Shown here piece by piece: positions 59,847 through 64,000 of a stretch of 64,000 bases of DNA (positions are counted from its first letter, which is position 1; every line of letters begins with the position of its first letter). The notes under the pieces were generated by a model that was not told the DNA's origin, did no database searches, and worked only from the letters and a program-made list of their open reading frames with translations. The stretch covers positions 25,235 through 89,234 of IMG/VR virus record IMGVR_UViG_3300043548_000582, one strand, 5' to 3'. The stretch is from a virus. The position numbers and the translations under genes were made by a program.

Positions 59847-60055
59847 TTCTTCAGCTAAACCCCCCGCTTCCTCTTGAAACACCCAGAGGAAGCGGGTTTG
59901 CTCATTTCTTAATAGATTATTCCCAAGAGCATAATCTTCTTTGGGTTGTTTTTTTAAACGAAAGCGGAGAATGTTGGACTTTTCAAAATTCAGAAGTGAG
60001 ACTTGAAAAAAATCTCTCATTAGGACGAAGCGCAACATCATTAATTAAACGCTAG
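59843..60055 (+). CDS. hypothetical protein
   Basis: QLNPPLPL.TPRG.G.AHFLIDY..EH, GECWT. Confidence 0.7.
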   Translation: MILQLNPPLPLETPRGSGFAHFLIDYSQEHNLLWVVFLNESGECWTFQNSEVRLEKNLSLGRSATSLIKR

Positions 60056-60069
60056 GATAAGATCGGGGC

Positions 60070-60111
60070 ATGCAAACAAAGCAAGTAATCGTAGTCCGTA
60101 AGGATAAATAA
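60070..60111 (+). pseudogene. orphaned original 5' end of pth2 (MQTKQVIVVRKDK*)
   Basis: manual translation matches the Pth2 N-terminal motif KQVIVVR.D. Confidence 0.7.
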
Positions 60112-60115
60112 TTAT

Positions 60116-61000
60116 ATGATTGTTTACTTATGCACTAATATAATTACAAAAAAACATTACGTTGGAATAACATCTCAAACTCTTCAAAAAAGAAAAAGAG
60201 TCCATAAGCACAACGCTCTTACAAAAAATCTTCCAAATTATTTTTACAGATCTATTAGAAAATATGGATGGGATAATTTTATATGGAACATTATAGAAGA
60301 TGATGTGTATGACTTTGCAATTTTGAATTCTAAAGAGATAGAGTATATTGAAAAATACAATGCCTTCACTAATGGTTATAATATGACGATTGGAGGTGAT
60401 GGTACAGTTGGTTACAAGCATACAGAAGAGGCTAAAAATAAAATATCCAACGCAACCAAAGGAATTGCAAAAGGTCCAATGTCAGAAGATCATTACAATA
60501 AAATTTCTAAAATTAATAAATCTAGATGTGGAAAAACATATGAAGAATTGTATGGCGTGGAAAAAGCAACAGAATTAAAGGCGGGTTTATCTAGATATGC
60601 TAAAGAATTACATGATAATCAGAATCATAAAGAATGGCTGAAAATGTCATACGATGAGAAATATAATGAAAAAGCAGAACAAATTAAATCTAAAATGTCC
60701 ACAACGCATAAAAATAAATTAGTAAACGGAAAACGTGCGAACATTAGTGAAGCTGGCCTACAAAGAATGAGAGATTCTAAACTTGGATCAAAAAATAATA
60801 ATTATGTTGAGGTTGATATCGAATCACAGGAATTAATAATTCGTTTATATAAAACATATGGAAAAATAGTTCCAGAAATTTTACACGAATCTGGATATAG
60901 TAAACATGTAATTAAAAGATTTTTAAAGGATATAAAAATATATGCAGGAAGAAAAAAATACAAAGATGGTAATTGTAGTAAGAAAATTCCCAAATCTTAG
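60116..61000 (+). mobile_element. GIY-YIG homing endonuclease (Seg-like, NUMOD3)
   Basis: IVY..TN...K.YVG.T, H, FYRSIRKYG, GYNMT.GG.G..GYKHTEE.K.KIS. Confidence 0.9.
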
Positions 61001-61373
61001 GACTGGAAAATATTGTAGTCAAGTCGCCCACGCCTCAATGGCCTTCCTTACAAAAGGTGGTGGCGTTTACTGCAATCTTGGAACTGGTATCCCACAAGTC
61101 AATTACTTTATGTCTTCAGTTGAAGACTATCATGAGATGGAGATCAACCACTGGCTTCGTAACTCCTTCCGTAAGATCTGTGTCTATGTCAACAGCGAAG
61201 AGGAACTTGAAGCAGTTCATCAGAAAGCTCTTGACTCTGGATTGGTTTCACATATGATTGAGGACAACGGAGCAACTGAATTCAACGGTGTGAAGACCAA
61301 GACCTGTTGTGCAATTGGTCCACATGTTTGCTCTAAATTCGCTGATATTACCGACCATCTGCCATTACTATGA
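60942..61373 (+). CDS. pth2: peptidyl-tRNA hydrolase, Pth2 type
   Basis: KMVIVVRK, GK..SQVAHAS, W....FRKIC, I.D.G.TEF, T.TC.AIGP, T.HLPLL. Confidence 0.9.
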   Translation: MQEEKNTKMVIVVRKFPNLRTGKYCSQVAHASMAFLTKGGGVYCNLGTGIPQVNYFMSSVEDYHEMEINHWLRNSFRKICVYVNSEEELEAVHQKALDSGLVSHMIEDNGATEFNGVKTKTCCAIGPHVCSKFADITDHLPLL

Positions 61374-61558
61374 AAGAAAAAACACTATACTATCTTGTGG
61401 CATGGAGCGATGACCGATCCACATCATATTCATATGTATCGGTCGAGGATATTCAGAAAGATTTTGATAAGTACTCACACAATCGTTGCACAATCTACAA
61501 AAAAGTGGATAAAGAAGAACTACTAAATTTTGATCGTGAAGAACTGCCATTACTATGA
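61370..61558 (+). CDS. hypothetical protein
   Basis: 62 aa, flanked by a 16-bp direct repeat. Confidence 0.6.
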   Translation: MKEKTLYYLVAWSDDRSTSYSYVSVEDIQKDFDKYSHNRCTIYKKVDKEELLNFDREELPLL

Positions 61559-61791
61559 ATAATCCACATATCAGCAAAGAAGCTTTCCAAAAAATCTGGA
61601 ACGAAACATTAGGTCAAGTTGAAGATTTGGAATTTGAATGCTCTCCTGAAGTTAAAGAACATCTTATAAAAATTTCAAATGGTGAATACACCGATGAAGA
61701 AATTATAGAACATCTACAATTAGACATTTATATTAAACTGCCAATGCCTCAGAAATTTATTACGGTTGATTTCGATGTTAAGGAACTCTAA
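61555..61791 (+). CDS. hypothetical protein
   Basis: 78 aa, ATGA overlap. Confidence 0.6.
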   Translation: MNNPHISKEAFQKIWNETLGQVEDLEFECSPEVKEHLIKISNGEYTDEEIIEHLQLDIYIKLPMPQKFITVDFDVKEL

Positions 61792-61802
61792 TAAAATAAA
61801 TT

Positions 61803-62015
61803 ATGAAACCAGTAAAAGGACAGAAATACGAAATCTCTTACAAGGGACCATTCTTTTATAATGATTATTTCGGGGAAGCTGTTTGTAATGGCAAAACCGA
61901 ACAGAATGTGAACCCTGATGGCAGCACTGAAACTTGGTATGGTTTTGATCTCCCCACGGAAGATGAAACCACATGGTTTGCTGAACAGGATATTGTTGGA
62001 ATGGTAATTGAATAA
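61803..62015 (+). CDS. hypothetical protein
   Basis: 70 aa. Confidence 0.6.
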   Translation: MKPVKGQKYEISYKGPFFYNDYFGEAVCNGKTEQNVNPDGSTETWYGFDLPTEDETTWFAEQDIVGMVIE

Positions 62016-62019
62016 AATT

Positions 62020-62349
62020 ATGAGCGAAATTAACTACAAAACACACAAACGAGTAAGACTAGAAGATCTCCCAGATGTCGAATACTTTGATTGGGGTAAT
62101 GGAGAAACTCTCGAAGAGTTCATCGAATACTTCGTAAAACTCAATGAAGCTGCTAAGAAAGCAGGAGTAGTAAAAACCTTGGTTGATATTAGTACTGGTG
62201 ATGGATATCGTGATATCGATGGTTGGATTCCAAAAACTCCAGAAGAACTTGAACAAGATCGTCTTGTTCAAGAAAGATATGATGCTACTCTCCGAGAACG
62301 AGAACTGAAGGAGTTGAAACGTCTGAAAGAAAAGTATGAAGGAGCGTAA
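62020..62349 (+). CDS. hypothetical protein (..LKEKYE C-terminus)
   Basis: start MSEINY; similar to 62614..63009. Confidence 0.65.
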   Translation: MSEINYKTHKRVRLEDLPDVEYFDWGNGETLEEFIEYFVKLNEAAKKAGVVKTLVDISTGDGYRDIDGWIPKTPEELEQDRLVQERYDATLRERELKELKRLKEKYEGA

Positions 62350-62614
62350 ACCTACTGACTATGGTGACTTCACCGAATATCAAGTTCGATGCTTGATTGC
62401 TGAATATTGTAAGAGTGTGACTCTTGGAACTACAGGGTGGGGAGTATCATTCAAAGATTGGGTGGAACTCCGAGGCATTGCTAAACACGATGGTATGTTT
62501 CGATTGATTGCTCTAAGTCATGAAGAGAAGTGTGAAATAGTCGAACCAGCAATTGAAAACAGCGACGAAAAAAAGACCATATTCTCCCCTTTTGGATTTG
62601 AAATTAAAGAGTAA
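62336..62614 (+). CDS. hypothetical protein
   Basis: 92 aa. Confidence 0.6.
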   Translation: MKERKPTDYGDFTEYQVRCLIAEYCKSVTLGTTGWGVSFKDWVELRGIAKHDGMFRLIALSHEEKCEIVEPAIENSDEKKTIFSPFGFEIKE

Positions 62615-63009
62615 TGAAAAAAAAGACTAAACCAGCCGATGCTACAGAACGACAGCTAATTGTCGAAGAGTTACTTCATATCGGAACATGTTTTGATGCT
62701 ACTAAACTTTCGGAAATCATTTCTTTCCTACAAGAGCAACAAGATAAATTCACCAAAGAAGGATTTAACAACATTCAGCTAAAGTTTGATTGGGCTGGTT
62801 ATGATTCTCCATATGAACTTTGTATTTATGGAGAACGGTTAGAAACTGATAGTGTTTACTATGAACGATTAGCTCGACATCAAGAAAAACTTGAGAAGGA
62901 AATCCTCAAAAAACAAAAACAAGAAGAACAGAAACGTAAAAAGGCTGAAAAAGAAAAAGAATCTGAACTTGCTCTTCTAGCAAAACTGAAGGAAAAGTAT
63001 GAAAAGTGA
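62614..63009 (+). CDS. hypothetical protein (..LKEKYE C-terminus)
   Basis: 131 aa, coiled-coil C-terminus. Confidence 0.65.
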   Translation: MKKKTKPADATERQLIVEELLHIGTCFDATKLSEIISFLQEQQDKFTKEGFNNIQLKFDWAGYDSPYELCIYGERLETDSVYYERLARHQEKLEKEILKKQKQEEQKRKKAEKEKESELALLAKLKEKYEK

Positions 63010-63181
63010 TATCATCTGGCCCCCAGATGGAAGTCTCATTTCTTATAGGAATGAGATATACTTTATTAGTAGAGGACTGGATGGCAGAATTGTAACAAAT
63101 AAAGATGGAAATTGGTATTTTATTAAACGGTTAAAATGGAAAACTTTTAAAATTTTATATTTAAATGAAAAAACCTCGTAA
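62999..63181 (+). CDS. hypothetical protein
   Basis: 60 aa, overlaps both neighbours. Confidence 0.5.
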   Translation: MKSDIIWPPDGSLISYRNEIYFISRGLDGRIVTNKDGNWYFIKRLKWKTFKILYLNEKTS

Positions 63182-63698
63182 ATTAACACCACCTCCAGTA
63201 GATACTCGTAAAGAACTTTATTTTGAAATTAAAGAAAGCGTTCAACGAGATTATCATAGCAATGAACAATTTGGAGAATGGGAAACCATCAAGAATTGTC
63301 GATTGACTAAAATTTCTCGTAATAAAGATCTATTGAGCAAATATGACTTCTCAGCATATAAGGTAAATGATGAAGTATATAATGCTCAGAATCTTTATGT
63401 TGTAGTTGTAACATACAGTAGCGGTGATTCATTTGGTCGTTCGGAGGGTAATTTAGCAGTTGCTTTTGTCACTGAAAATTCTCAGGAAGCAATTGAATGC
63501 CGAGATGCTATCCTCGAACAGGAAGAGTATGAGTATGAAAATCGATATTCTTTCATAGATAAAACTGGAAAGAAACCAAAGTGGGATGATGTGTTTAGTG
63601 ATCATCCGAAGAGTGTGTGTGATGGATACTCTCCTTGGAGCGGTCATTTTGAGCATGTGACTTCTGTTGACATTGAATTTTTACCTGTGATGGGGTAA
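63165..63698 (+). CDS. hypothetical protein
   Basis: LYVVVVTYSSGDSFG..G, PW.GHFE motifs of a common phage family. Confidence 0.7.
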   Translation: MKKPRKLTPPPVDTRKELYFEIKESVQRDYHSNEQFGEWETIKNCRLTKISRNKDLLSKYDFSAYKVNDEVYNAQNLYVVVVTYSSGDSFGRSEGNLAVAFVTENSQEAIECRDAILEQEEYEYENRYSFIDKTGKKPKWDDVFSDHPKSVCDGYSPWSGHFEHVTSVDIEFLPVMG

Positions 63699-63702
63699 CT
63701 CT

Positions 63703-64000
63703 ATGAGCACTGAAATCTACTACACCTACGCTTCCAAAAAAGAACTCCTTGACATTGGGGTGAAAGAGGATACAATCTTCGAAAACATCAGCGAACTCTC
63801 CGAGCTTGATAATTCATCAACTGGCTTGAATCAAGCAGAACTCACAAATGAACAATGCATTGCTTTAATTCCTGTTGGTGAATATTGCTATACTAGAGTC
63901 GCTGACGAACATAGTAAATATGACGGATTCTTAAGAACTAAAATTTGTCCTTTCTGGGATAAGATTATTGACTTCCCCAAACAAAACAATGGATACTGTC
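63703..64000 (+). CDS. hypothetical Cys-containing protein, 3'-truncated
   Basis: manual translation MSTEIYY..IPVGEYCY..CPFW..NGYC, open to window end. Confidence 0.6.
   Translation, partial: MSTEIYYTYASKKELLDIGVKEDTIFENISELSELDNSSTGLNQAELTNEQCIALIPVGEYCYTRVADEHSKYDGFLRTKICPFWDKIIDFPKQNNGYC

Noticed and set aside
60070-61000. Group I intron in pth2
   Set aside because: The endonuclease ORF fills almost the whole insert, leaving no room for a ribozyme core, and the downstream part already has its own N-terminus.
1-64000. tRNA/rRNA genes or alternative genetic code
   Set aside because: Intergenic gaps are short and show no cloverleaf motifs by eye; core genes are full length under the standard code.

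Overview
A 64-kb segment of a large, AT-rich T4-like myophage genome. It carries the T4-type replisome (gp41 helicase, gp32 SSB, gp45 clamp, gp61 primase, gp44 clamp loader), both terminase subunits and neck protein gp14. It also has a contractile tail and baseplate (gp3, gp18, gp19, gp54/26/29/48/53/27-like, gp6, gp25), several tail fibres, two GIY-YIG homing endonucleases and an accessory region of small ORFs. No tRNA, rRNA or CRISPR array was seen. The most notable candidate system is phage-encoded protein O-glycosylation. The minus-strand baseplate/fibre gene run ends in a lectin-like gene, two paralogous mucin-like (Thr/Pro-rich, Cys-capped) proteins and a glycosyltransferase carrying motifs of eukaryotic polypeptide GalNAc-transferases (DSH, GLF..GGE, H..R..Y). 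A dispersed three-enzyme dTDP-rhamnose pathway (RmlA, RmlB, plant/giant-virus-type NRS/ER) could supply a sugar donor. Other observations: (1) about 29 TAAATA late promoters sit mostly 5-6 nt before start codons, implying leaderless mRNAs; (2) about 11 proteins share capsid-targeting-like N-termini; (3) both homing endonucleases appear to have split a host gene and supplied a recoded copy of its terminus; (4) a catalytically degenerate DHH protein follows the helicase. All product calls come from motif recognition by eye; no database searches were run.
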